Of a stretch of 64,000 nt of DNA, positions 18,601 through 31,700 are shown one piece after another. The stretch spans positions 63,550,001 through 63,614,000 of the forward strand of contig OZ241830.1 in NCBI GenBank assembly GCA_965202585.1. Direction: 5' to 3'. The notes under the pieces were generated by a model. That model saw nothing but the letters and a program-made list of their open reading frames with translations, did no database searches and had not been told where the DNA came from. The DNA comes from Thalia democratica (taxonomy: Eukaryota). A program made the translations under genes and the position numbers. The number at the start of each line of letters is the position of its first letter. The first letter of the stretch is position 1.

Positions 18601-20174
18601 TCCGGTTCCGGCCGGATTCTAATTTGAAAAAAAAGTCCGGATCCGGTTCCGGCCGGATTCTAATTTGAAAAAAAAAGTCCGGTCCGGGTCCGGCCGGACC
18701 CAAAATTGTGGGTCCGGTACATCACTAGTTAAAATACAGTTTTTATTTTATTTCTTATGAAGTGGTGGCTACAATTTTCTAGCTTAAGTCGGTTAATAAA
18801 GTAAAGATAAACTGTCATAAAGGATAAACGAAAACTTTGTATCCTCAATGTTTATATATGTATGAACACCAAACCACCTTTTAATCATACTACTTATGAC
18901 TAAATAAGTTCGTCAAAATGAAAAATAAAAAAAAACTGTTAAAAATTTGAACAACAAAACTTTATATGTAAATAACAAAATATTTTATATTTTAAGCATA
19001 CTATTTTTATAGAAAGCTCGTTTATTTTAAAGTAAATCTATACTTTAAAAAAAGCTTTATAAGTGTTTCAATCAATACGTTTGTTTTTTATCTAAAGTGC
19101 ATTGTAAATTAACTAAAACACAAATTTAATTAAGTTTAAAAAACAATAACAATCAATGACAAAAAAACGTTTTATAAATGTTTTAAACTATTCTGAGTAC
19201 TGGCAGTGGCACAAAAAAAAACAAATCTTTGTTATTGCTTATATTCATACAACCAAACTACCTTCCAAGTTTGAAATAAAAAAGTATTTTTATAACAAGC
19301 TTGATACTTCAAATGAAATAATAAAACTAATGTCAGCTACCTTGCCAGTAAGCCTGTTGATGCTGAAGTAAATATTCTCGCCGTGCATTTTGTACTTTGT
19401 GGTACCCGCGTGTTTGATGTGTCCGTACAAGCAAGTGCTCGCGTGCAATCTCGCCAAACCTTCGAGTTCCTTGTCGTACTTCATCTTCAACATGTTAGTC
19501 GCTTCTGGTTGAACCTTAAATTTATATATATATATATAATATACATTTCTAAGATATAATAGACCGTGGTAGATTGGGTAAATAATCTTTTAAAACATTT
19601 TTTTTATGTTTTACTATTTGTATTTAATAAAAATATAAACTTTTAACTTTTTGAAAATATTAACTTTGCGGTTTAATCAGATGTTTAGCAACATATGATT
19701 TTCCTCACTGACAATTACATTATATAACACTTAAATAGTTTGAGGAAGATTTTAGTGAACTTGAAACAGTCAACACTTCTAGAGTAAGTTACTGTAGATT
19801 ATCATTAAAAGCTACGTAAATTAATTTGAAAAAAAAACTCTGATTGTTTGTTTTAAACCATCATAGTATTTACAAAGTAACTACCACAAAAATAATTTTA
19901 AACTTTTTTACACGTGTACTTAACAAACCTCAGCCCTCCACTTGTTGTGAGCATCCACGATGCTCTTCTGTATGTCTTCGGTGATCACCTCGGATATCTT
20001 GGGAGCGGGAGTTGGCCGGGCTTGAGGCCAAATAAGAGGATTCCTCCTGTTCAGCATCCTCCTCGTTGAGGACCTCCTTGTGTAAGAGGGATTTCCCCCA
20101 GACCAGAAGTTGTTCACCTGCATCTGGCGGGTTGCAGATGCCAGGTAGAGTATGAGTATTGTTCTGAGTAACAT
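15634..20174 (-). CDS. Secreted CAP/SCP/PR-1 superfamily protein with Thr-rich linker and Lys-rich tail, copy 1 (355 aa)
   Basis: Exons 20174-19929, 19514-19341, 16789-16685 and 16176-15634, with all introns phase 0 and GT-AG. Signal-peptide-like MLLRTILILYLASA; CAP motifs HNKWR, GENIY, GHYTQIVW and VVCNYGPAGN. AATAAA at 15596-15591. An acceptor at 20192-20193 implies an upstream non-coding exon. Confidence 0.93.
18040..18460. repeat. Two ~82-bp direct repeats inside the hAT element (18040-18121 and 18376-18460)
   Basis: gctagctgttctact...tttttaaaaacctcattctgactta...gtttatact occurs twice. Confidence 0.85.
18460..18727. mobile_element. 268-bp hAT MITE forming the right end of the larger element
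   Basis: It starts with a second full left end (TAGTGATGTACCGGACTCACTATCC), contains about four ~41-bp CCGG/A-tract repeats (24 CCGG) and ends in the right TIR. Confidence 0.88.
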
Positions 20175-21024
20175 GACGTGTTAATAAAATTCTGCAAATG
20201 GAAAGAAATGTTAGAACTTTCATTATTTTTTTAGGGACAGGAGGTCTTCGTTTATATCTGTTAAACAGCAGTGCTAAGGCGGATATAAGTTTAAAGAGTA
20301 AGATTGTTTTCAACTAAGGTTGCTCTTAAAAATACTTTAAAAACTTTACTTTTTAAAAGGTTGTTTAAACATTAAAAAAAAAACATTTGGTTATTTACCA
20401 TTCATATACAAAAGTAAAATTATTTTTTATCAAAATTTTACAAAACCTGATGTTTTTTGTAAAGTTTTGTAGTCAAAATGGAAAACATGAGCTAAAAAAG
20501 TTGATTTGTCATCACTAATAGCACCAGTTCATTCACAAAATGTAAAGAAAGTAATTTAGTGAAAACAAGAAATAAATTTTTATAAAATAAAGTTTTTGGT
20601 TAAAATTTCTTTATTGGTTTTTACAACTTTAAGACCTAAGTTGATTATGTACTTAGTTTGAACGGATATTTAACATTTATTTAAAAAGCATATACTAAAC
20701 TAAGTTTTTATCTCTTTATGAACTGTAAGTAGATTAATAATTATCTTGAAAGTTTTTAATTAACAATAAAAAGATTAAATATTTTTACAACCAATAAAGT
20801 TTTGATGAAAAACTTAAATGCTACAATAAACTGGTAAAAATTATAACAAACTGTTCCATTTTATAAAGAAGCTTTTTATATTTTATAAATCATTAAAATC
20901 TAAAGTGTGCAGCATGAATTAAAAAATATATAATTTATTTTAGAATTACAACAAGAGCTTTAGAATAAAAATGATAAACATAAAACTAATATTAGAATAA
21001 CATAAGTTTATATATTTAACTTAC

Positions 21025-21644
21025 CAGTTTTATTTAGCTTGAAAAAGCACAGGCATTACACAAGTAATCAAAAATAAAAATAAAAGCTTAATGAATCCAT
21101 CCTACTTCTTTTTATTCAGCTTAGAAAACTATATAAAATAAGATCAAATTGTGAAAAAAGTGCTTTAACCCCCCTATGCCCTTCAAAAGTATACGTTTCA
21201 GGGTTTATTTTTAGTTTAATGATAAGTTCAAGGTTAAAAACTGTTTAAAGTTGTATAATAACATTGAAAAAATATTATGTTGCAAAATATATTTATTATC
21301 TAACCTGTTGCTTGTTCGTTCAAACATTTTTAAAATGTGATAATATAATGGTGGTTATGTTTGATTTAAAATATGATTATATATCATAGTAAAATAAACA
21401 ATAGTAAAATCCAGCAGACAGATGAACTTACTGTATGAACTTGTGATAAAGTAAAATAAATTAAAAAAAACTCACTTACAAAACTTCTTGTATGAACTTG
21501 GGTCACTCACTCCTATATCTCAACTCAAATTCAGAAGGAATTTCATTTTCAAAACTAGGTGATTGCTTCAGATCAGCCTTCTCACAATACCATACATAGA
21601 AGAAGTCAAAAGAGTTTTTGGTGATGACATTTATAATACATTTT
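21025..21644 (-). other. Two candidate exons (21644-21476 and 21119-21025) upstream of the CAP gene: pseudogene exons or 5' UTR exons
   Basis: Splice sites ctaacag|...|gtgagt and ttttctaag|...|gtaagtt are present in both copies. The joined frame is mostly open but has four stops. Confidence 0.4.
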
Positions 21645-22433
21645 CTGTTAGAAGTTTAACAATATTGTTAACCTTTAATTAAGCTTTTACTTGTGATGGG
21701 TATCTTAATAATATTTTTCTGTTTAAAATATTTGTATAAATAGTTGTATGGTTTGAATGTTTCAAGGACTTTAAAGATTAATTTAAATAGTTATAAGCAC
21801 TAAAGTTTCATATAAATGAAACAGTTTGAATACAGTTCACAAGTAGGTAATGTTCATAATTAAAATTTTCCAAAAATATCATTATTTAGTCTAGCTACAT
21901 GAGAAGCAGTATTATACTTATTCAGTTAAATAAAACAAATAGATGACTTAAGAAATACTTAAACTGGTCATTTTTGCGACTTAAAACTGCTTGAAATTTA
22001 TAGTTTGGCCATAACAACAATATTTTCATTAAAAAAATATGCTTTGTTATGTTTTAAAAAACATTATGTTTTGTTAATTACAAAAAAACAAAGTTGTATG
22101 TTGGAAACATTATTTAAATTGTATCAATGAAATATGTGACATTATAAGTCAAGTTAATGTTAATGTAATAGTTCAGTGTTTAGACAAAAAACCAGTAAAT
22201 AGAGTTGACATATTTTGTTTGTTTATTGAAACATTTTACAAATATCTTAATATAATAATGGTTTTGTTTGAGCAAAATATGTTTCTAAGTAAAATAAAAA
22301 AATCAGCTTTTAGATTCAAATTTGTGCACATACAAGTAATAGTTGTGTGAGAATTATAATAGAAATTATTTATTAAACTATTTGAACTTTGTTTCAAAAA
22401 TGTTCTACAAGAGTTTTTTTGTAACATAAAAGT

Positions 22434-22760
22434 AGTTATGTCATAAATGTTTTTATAATTGCTTGTTTGTTAAGCATTCACTCACTACGCACAATATGGC
22501 TTTTTGTTTTATACCTGCTTCAAAAGTTTTACAACAATGAACTAACTAGTTTTGGCAAATATGGCAAAACGATTCAAACTAAATTATAACTAAAATGTTA
22601 AAGAGTTATGTCATAAATGTTTTTATAATTGTGTGTTTGTTTAGCATTCACTCACTATGCAAACTTTTTTTTCTACCTGCTTCAAAAAGTTGTACAACAA
22701 TGAACTAACTAGTTGTGGCAAATATGGCAAAACGATTCAAGCTAAATTATAACTAAAATG
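22434..22760 (+). repeat. Two-unit tandem repeat, period ~170 bp (also about 49630-49958)
   Basis: agttatgtcataaatgtttttataattg...aaattataactaaaatg begins at 22434 and at 22604. Confidence 0.9.
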
Positions 22761-25700
22761 AGTTTGCAAAAGTTAAATGTAACCAGATGCAATTAAAGAC
22801 TTGAAGCTAAATATAACAAATCTTATACAAATTGTTAAGTGTTAAACATCTTTAAAACAAATAAAAAACAATTTCGTAAAATTTAGAGTTAAGTACTTAG
22901 TTTATATACTTTTATAAATTGTAATTTTATGATCACAATGAATTACTGTAGCTTAAATATTAAATAATGTGTTCAACCATTTATCACTAATGCAGAAAAA
23001 AAAGGTAGATATTAAGAAAGACTTTGAAAAGAATAAATTATAATGAAAATAATATTTTATTTTTTACCAAAAAAAATATTTAAGGTTTAAAATTATGTTA
23101 AGTATTTTACGTTCTAAAAAGCTAAAAACCACCCTGCTATGCTAACATAGTGTTTCAATTTGTAGTTTTTAATGAATTCTGTAAAATCTTACATTTTATT
23201 GTGACATCACAACAAAATAGTATTTTGCAAAATTAATTTTTTCAATGAATATTCTTTTGAGAAAAGCACTTGTAGTAGTAAGAGCTCTGGATGCTATATG
23301 TGTAAACTTTACCTTTTTTTCTTTTTATACTGTTTATGTGAGCTTTGTAGGACACTTTAGCAAACTCTATTTGATTTTCAATGTTCTTGAAGATCAAACT
23401 TGATGATTGTTGCACATTTTATCTTCTAAAATTCTTATATTTTTTCATTGTGTGAGTAAGTCTAAGACCTATTTTGGGAATCAACAGTCTTGAAAGTTGA
23501 TAACCTAATTTATTTTTCTCATGCAAAACCTTTGAAAAAAATCTTTATTTTATCTTCTAATTCATCATGCACTTTTATATTTACAAGATCAATTGGCTAC
23601 TTACATGATGCTAAAACAAATCATCAAGAGGCTTTTAAAACTTGCATCTCAGTGTATTTAATCTTTGAAACATCATTGTAAAGTGAACTGGGTAGAAAAC
23701 AGCTCAAAAAAATCTTTTGAACCTCTGTAAAGTTTTAAAACTTCTGAGCTTGTTTCAAAGCCTTTGTCTTTATAAGTTGTAACTGTGACTTTTTCCTACA
23801 TGCAGAGTTTAGATCACACTTTTTTCGGATTCTGATTGGATGATTAGTACCTACTACAGCAGCTGTTGAGGTTAGTCTGTTAAATAGTTAGTTAGATTGT
23901 TTTAATTTGTGCAAAACTTAGTCTTTTTTTGCCAGCCAGACTAGTTGAATATTCAGTTACAAAGTTAAGGTTTTTTGTATATTACAATAAATGTTAAAGT
24001 TTTATACTTTCTACTCATTAATTGTTAAGACCTTTTGTAACTATTAAATTTTTTGAGTGCTCATGCTTGAATAACATTAAGTTTTGCACAAATTCAGACT
24101 AGCATTTCTATTCATAGAGTTGTAACCTTGGCTTCATTCTCCTAAGATCACTAGGCTACCTTAAAATAAAACTTAAACAAGAAAATAAATAGAATTATTA
24201 ATGTTCACTTGTATAAAGAAGTGTTTTATTCATGAATGAAGCCCAAAGAGACAGCAAGCTATATGTAGAAGTTTATTTAGAACATAACATTTAAATTCTG
24301 ATTGTATTAATGTAGTTTATATATTCATAGAACAATAATTTGTAATAAGAAGTACTTCTTAAGTGTGCATGAAACATAATTAGTAAGAGTAATTATAAAA
24401 CAAAGTGTTATTAGTTTCATTAATAAAATTTTTTCAAAAGAAAACAGTTAAACCATATAAGGATTAGGTTTGCTAGTAAAGAAAATGTTCCAAAGTTGTA
24501 AGTTTACAGCCATATACTTACAAAGCAGTTCAAAGCAAGCAAAATTTAAAAGTTGTTAGTGCATATGTGTATGAGGTTTATTCCTATCTATGTTTGTATT
24601 CTTGTATCACTAACTTCTTTCTTTTTTGTTATCTACCAATAATTTATTTGTTCATGGGTTTGCACTAATAAGCTTTTGACAACAACTTGCTGTACTGTTT
24701 TTTATGTATATGAAAAATGTAAAGGCTAAATTTTGGGAATAGTACAAATATTAGCTTAATAGAGCCATGAAAATTCCAAATGATGTTAAATGCAGAGTAT
24801 TTAAGATGCAAGTAACTTTAAAATTAACTACATGCCACCAAACATATGTTATTGACACAAAGTAGTATGGTTTAATTGTTTTAGTTTGAAACAATGTGTT
24901 AAAAAGATGTACTAAAAAGATAAATTGAAATCAGCAAACATCTTTAATTTGTATGCAAACTTTAAGAAATAGACAATAAAATGGCTTAATTGAATGATTG
25001 AAACACTAAGCATTCAAAGTTTAAGTATGTTAGTAAATATATAAAGTAAATTAAAGTATAGTAGTTAAAGAAATAGTAATGGTAGTAAAAGTGCATGAGA
25101 ACCTATGTATTTAATAGACTGCTAGATAAATACTTAACAATGAGACCAACTTAACTATCATGGAAAACTTTAGCTTATGTAAATTACATGACATTAAAAT
25201 GGTATACTGTAGTAGGAACAGTATAAAATTGAAGTAAACAAAAATATATACAATTGAAATGTTTATTGAAAAAAATATGTTTACTACTTAAATCTAAATA
25301 ATTTCAACTGTTTAGTTGAATCTTAAGTGTTTATTTATTTTTGAATATTTTAAGTTTTACGCTGTTTTTAAAAGGTTATCTAAGTAAATTACATAAGCAC
25401 AGTAATCAATTTACATAAGCAAGTTAAGTGACTATTGTTTGAATAAACATAGAGTACAGTTCAATCATATAAATAGGTTTGTTTTAAAAAACCTGTTGTT
25501 TCATATTAATTTTTCTCTTTTTATTTGGTTTATTTTCTGTCATTAAAAAGTAAACCTATCTATGAGATTGATGAACTGTTTTCTATGTATATATAAAGTA
25601 TTAGGTAATCAACTAGGAAGATTCATTTAACTTAGGCTCTACTAAACCATAACTATTAAGAGTGTGATTTTAACAAAATAAATACATCTAATAGGTACGC

Positions 25701-28700
25701 ACCAGCTTAAGTTACGCACTAGTTTTTTAATAACACATTTTCAGTTGCAATCAAAGGTCTTCTTTAAGGAGTACGCACCCGCATAAGGTACGCACTAAAC
25801 TTTTAATAACACGTATTAGTTTTTTTTTAATTCTTGTCCTTTCGGCCCGGTTACTCTGCTGGTCGGCACCCCTTTTAGTTATGACTTGGATGTACGAGTA
25901 AATGTGCTAGTACTTTTAAGTCATGACTGTATTAAATTTTAACTTTACTAGAAGTTAAACTATCTATTATAATAGCTACTTTCACCCTCGCGTTGTATTT
26001 AAGGTAACAGATAAAACCAGTACAAATACTCCTGAGCTTAAGTAGATTACTTACTGAGTTTTAAGCGTCACTAGTTTTAAAAGAGAAAGAAGTGGTTGGG
26101 CAAAAATTGTTAGTAATAAATTGCATTCTTAGCAGTACAAATCCATATACTTTTGTAAGTACTGTATGTATATCACTGATAGAGAAACTAAGCAAAAGTT
26201 TTCCATTTACATAAGTAAATTTTTATGTCTTAATTTGTATAAATAAATTTTGGCCATCTTTTAAATTAAACACTAACAAAATCCTATTTTTGTCCATAAT
26301 TTTTCATTTAATTCGTTAAGATTTTAGTTTTTTTTTTTTTATTACCTATTATTACGTCATAATCCAGTAGTCTCATAAAGTGTTATCTTACTAGTTTTCC
26401 TTTTAATTATAGAAATAAGTACATTACAAGTATGTATAAGATAATTGTGCTTTTTTGGAAACTAAACTTAAATTTTGTTTAATGCAGACAGTGCTATCAC
26501 TAACTATCTATGCTAATCCATAACAAGCTTTATATACTATTTTGTTTAATTAAATCTTAGTTTAAAGTTCTTTATACTGCATGGACAAAGTAGTGCAACT
26601 CATGTATTATGAAACAACAACATTACTAACACTAATTATATGTGCATAATGAATACTAGATAGTTTGTGCTTCAATTAGATTTTTACATATTTATATATA
26701 CGATAATGAACTCGTAATCATTTAATTTTGTTATTTAGTTATGATTGAATACTTTTTATCTTGAAATGAAGATCACCAGTTTAGTCTAAATTACCAAGTT
26801 TATCACTTAATTCGTTGTTAGTGATCCCTTTTTTGTTTTTTTTTAGTGTCTACATATCATTAAAGCTTGTTCAAACTACAGCTAATATCATTGATTATCA
26901 TCTTGTTGCGGTGGTTTATTAGATTATTTTCAAAGTTTCCAAAAAAACTGTGTTTACTAAACTTATAACTAAGACGGATAAGCTGTTTCTTTTCAGTAAT
27001 ACATCCCTACTATCTTTCCTCTATAATCTGTTTTCCCAATCTGTATCCAATTAGTTTTACGCAGAGTTTGTTTTTTATTGTTAAGTAAACCAAATAGTAA
27101 CAAATTGATTAAACGATTACCAGCTTTATACTTTTGTTTTTCAATAACTACCGTTATGCCAGTTTAGTAACTAACTATTTTTGATGTCTTAGAAACTTAT
27201 CAACATAAATTTTTGTAGCTTTATATCTCGTTATTTAAGCGTAAGTTCTTATTTTTCTTTATAAGGTTGTGTATACCATACATTATATTAGTGGTACTTT
27301 TATTTGACAACGTAAACTTGCTGTCAATGAAATTGAAAAACAAAAAATCTCTTTGTCCTTTATTTTAATTATTATTCTTTTGCATGTATGTATTTATTAT
27401 GTAACATTTATTTTTCTTGTTTAACTTCAATACTATTCATGTTTTTTTTAAATGAAGACATATTGTCTATTTAGAAAAGAAGGGTAACAGTTTCTCTAAA
27501 CTGTAATGCGGCATCATGTAGTTCTGCCTTATGTTTTTTAGTTTGTTAACAAGTCAATCAAAATTAACTAAATTAAATTCTGTATTTATCTTCACAATTA
27601 TGAAAGTTAACTAATTTTCTCTGTTATTTTTCTTTGCTTTTCCGATTATTGATATTTTTTTGTTTGTCACCAGTGTAATATTTAATTTAGGCAAACGTTC
27701 ATTGGCTCTCGATTTTTAAACATACACTTGCAACATACTTGTTTAAACAAATTGCTTTATTTACCAATTATTTGCACGAACATGTGATTTCAGCTTTTAA
27801 TAAACCAACGTTAAAAAAATAAAAACAAATTATTCCTTTATTGTACCGTTTAAAAAGTATTCAGTTATGGCAACAGTGGCTCGTAAATTTTCTTCAATTT
27901 TGTCACTATTTACGTTGTTGCGTTCATTTCAATTAATATAATTATTAATATTGGTTTAGAATATAACAAAACTTTGGGTATTGTTGTAAATTATGTCTCA
28001 TTCGTGATTAAACACACCTTATTCTCAACAAGATTAAGAGTAGATCCAATTTTGTATTTTAAGTTAGTAGCTCAGCATCTGTAAAATTAATTAAAAGCTA
28101 GTTTAAATAACATTTTATACGGTTTCTCTTTTAAATCAATAGCATTTGTTTATAACTCTAAAACGTTATTACATTTCTATTTTGTAGTTTCGTATCTAAT
28201 TCTACTTCTAACCCTAAGTTAACAAAAGGCTGAATAGATCTTCATTTACATTTTTTTGTCTTAGTTTATCGAATGTTCTCTACTAAATTCAATCTGCTAT
28301 AAAATAAGTAAAAACAATTCAAATTTTAATTGGCTTCTAACTTTACGTTTTATTTAATACTGTTGTTTCACTGGTTTACGAAACTAACTCAGTCATTTTT
28401 TATTTCAGAAGTTTTTTCTTTCAAACCTACAGTATATGCAAGAACATACGTTAGATTTTTATCAATCTGTGCTTAATATCAATTTTATTAAACCAGATGA
28501 TTACGGATGTAACAGTTTTTTCCATTAATTTCATTGATTTAACTTCATAACGTGTATCAAAACTAGTTTTATGGCTTTAATTTTTTTTTGTGTTAAAGTC
28601 TGTTGTAGTTGCCTTGTTTGTTATTTATGCTTGCGAAGTATTACTTTAAATTTTTAGTTTGGCATTTATGTTTATGCTATAAATTTTTACTTCTTTGGCT

Positions 28701-31700
28701 AAGTTTAACATTAGATCATTCAATTTTGTTTAAGCTACTTGGCGATTCTTTTACGTTGTTTTACAAACTTTTTGTTTCTTCATAAGTGTGGAATTTATAA
28801 GTATATTATGAATTTTCTTGTTTAATTTTTTTGATAACCCGTTTAAAGTAGGTAAAAGCCTTAAATTTTAGCTACATCCTATTGGTAAAAATACTTACTT
28901 AAGTATTACAATAAAGTTAGTAGATTAAACTTGCTTTCCGACTGAAGTACTAACTATTTTGTTGTATAGCTTGCTTTTACTATAGAACCATACAAACATA
29001 GTTGTGCTAACACTTATGATATATTACAAAATTAATTCATTACAATAACCATGCAAAGCAAATAAAGTTTAAAAAAAAGGTTTAAAATCAAAACTACCAA
29101 TTAAGTTCAAATTTCTCATAATAAACGTCTTAAATTACCCACGTAGCATTAAATGCTTTATTATAGTACGAAAGTGTTTTTTTTTTGTTCATTTAATTTA
29201 GGTGTTTTAGTTGAAATTTATGTTTGTCTTACACCCAATAATATTACGTCATTATATAGTCTCATTAAGTATATAATGTTTCTTTAAATTTTAGTAATAT
29301 ATGCTTTAAGTGTCCAAATGTATGGATGAAGAGCTTCTTTTAATGTTTTATTATAAACCATTCACGTTCTTGTTTTTTCATTTTTGTTCGTAATTTAGTT
29401 TACTATTTGGTTGGTTTGATTTTGGATGCATTAATCAATAAGAGTTATAATGTGGAATGGGTAATTTTACTTACATCTAAACGTTAGATATTTAGAAATC
29501 TATGCATGTGTTTATTTAAGTGAAGCAGTTATTTACAAATTTAATATTTTTTTCCTTTAATTTTACTTCATAACGTAACTCATTCTACAAGTAATCCTAC
29601 TTTGAATTATCTTATCTAATTACTCTACATCTAATTTAATTAAAAATTATGTGTATTGCCAATATAAAATTCAATTGAATAAAGCAAATATTCTCTATAT
29701 CTGGTTTTTAAACTTCTGCAACGTACTTGTTTAAACGAATTGCTTACCTTACAAATTATTTACTAGAGATTTTAGTTTTAAATGAACCAAATTTTAATAA
29801 GCATTTAGCGTTCAATTGACGTATTTTTGTATTTCATACATAATGGTTTTGTCTAAGTTGTATTTTTGGAAAATATGTCAATAAAGTTGAAAACATTAAA
29901 ATAAGTACTACATTTTGAGTTTTATGAAGTCTAAGCTGTTTGGTTTAACAATGCCTCTAAGTAATATATATGTTTCCATAAGTAAAACAGTTAACAAAAT
30001 CCTATGTTATGTTTTATTGTCCATCTTTTCTTAACGATTCTGATTTTGACTATTCATACTTCTTCTGTTTATCACCAATATAAAACTTGATTAGGCAAAT
30101 GTTTATTAATTCTCGTTTTTAAATGTCTGCGAGTTTTACAAATGTAACTACTTCGTTGTAGCATTCATTGTAAACAATGTAGTTTTTTTATTGGATAAGT
30201 ATTGGCTTTTTACAAAACTTGGAAATGGTTCAAAAAGGAGTTTTAATAATGCTTTATTTCTTCCCTCTCAACGAAATTAGATCATATTTTAGTTAATGTT
30301 TCACTGTGGAAATTTTTAAAAGTTTGTGTATAAAAATGTTAGTATGGTTTCTTATGAATTTATACTATAGTTTATCTATAAGTCTGATTTGTTATTATAC
30401 TTTAAATTTATTATTTCATAATTTAATTCTACTTTGATAAATCTCGGTTAAAAAGTGGTTTCTGGATTTAAAAGTATGTTTTACTCAATGATTTAATTTA
30501 CCTTAGCAATACTAAAGCTTTTATTTACCACTTCATTGTTTTGTTGTTGTTGTTGTTGTTACAGTAAAACTGTTTTAAGGTTTGTTTAAAAATTAATCTA
30601 CGGGTTTTCTTTAATTAATGTTGTTTGTGTATAAGTCTATTTTGCTGTTATATTATGTTTTTATTGTTTCGTAATCTACATCTGGCCCAAGGTTAAGTAA
30701 AGACTGAATATAGTTATGTATATTTATATTTAAAATGGTTTTGTATGTTTTGGAAATCTAATAAGGTCGTTAAAGGTAGGATAAACATTGATTTATAAGT
30801 GAATAAAACTCTTGGATTAACTAAAATATATGTTCCACTCTTACCGATTTTAAATTGTATCGAATTTCGCATTTTTAGATAACATATGATTTCTTATGAC
30901 TGTCAAGTTATTTAAACTTTTGTTCAACCTGAACTAGTAGTGTTTGTTATTGAGAGTTAATGCTATTTCGTATTTAATTCTACTAACAGCCCAAAGCTAA
31001 TTAAATACTTAACAGAATTTTATTATTTAACATATAGGTTTAAACTAAATGTAAAACTTAATGTTTTATAGTATATATCCTTGGTGTTGTACTATGAGTG
31101 GTATAGTTTTATAGTAGACAACCTTGGTATTATTCTATAAGTAACACAACAGTTTTGCGTTGTAGTTTAATTTATCAGTATCTATTGTAATTCATATTGT
31201 TAAATTACTTCATTTTATTTAATGCTAAGTCTCATAAATAGCAAATAAATTTTTAGTTTAGTATTTAACTATCTTGTAGACTGTTTGTTTATAAAAGTTA
31301 GTTAAAAGTTGTTCATGTCACTATTTTAATTTAATTACAATTAGCCATACTACGTGTTATTTGTTTTACTTAAAATTTATACCACATGGATTTATTTGAC
31401 AACAATAAAAACAATTTTTTAACAATTTTAAAACAGTTATTGTAAATAAATTTGTTAGAGTTAGACTTTAGATATTATAATTTAGTGCGAAATATGTCAT
31501 ATAAGTATCAAATGATAAAACAAGAGTTACTAACTAAAATAACTGTCATTCCAAATATATCACAGTTCGTCTATTTTTAATGTTCAAGTACACCTATAAG
31601 TCTTGTTTTCGCGTATACTTAAAGTTAATTATGTCACTATTTTAGTTTAATTACAATTTATACTACTTGTTAATATTTAAACAAGCCTTAGCTCTATATC

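Larger units (their letters stand above)
16950..18727. mobile_element. Non-autonomous hAT DNA transposon (composite), 1778 bp, in the CAP intron of copy 1 only
   Basis: 16-bp TIR TAGTGATGTACCGGAC at 16950 and its reverse complement ending at 18727. The 8-bp TSD GTTAAAAT lies at 16942-16949 and 18728-18735, and copy 2 has a single GTTAAAAT at the empty site (about 45915-45922). An 8-bp TSD with short TAGTG-type TIRs is diagnostic of hAT. No transposase ORF. Confidence 0.93.

Noticed and set aside
19930-20313. 127-aa alternative-frame ORF with a hydrophobic N-terminus overlapping CAP exon 1 (also 47111-47494)
   Set aside because: It starts at TTG inside an intron and crosses the splice acceptor. 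Its presence in both copies merely reflects near-identity.
23300-24160. RIP-like CpA>TpA hypermutation as the cause of the many TAA/TAG stops
   Set aside because: Stop frequency in the upstream part (about 10 per 100 codons) matches random expectation for this AT content, and inter-copy C/T differences fall in mixed contexts.
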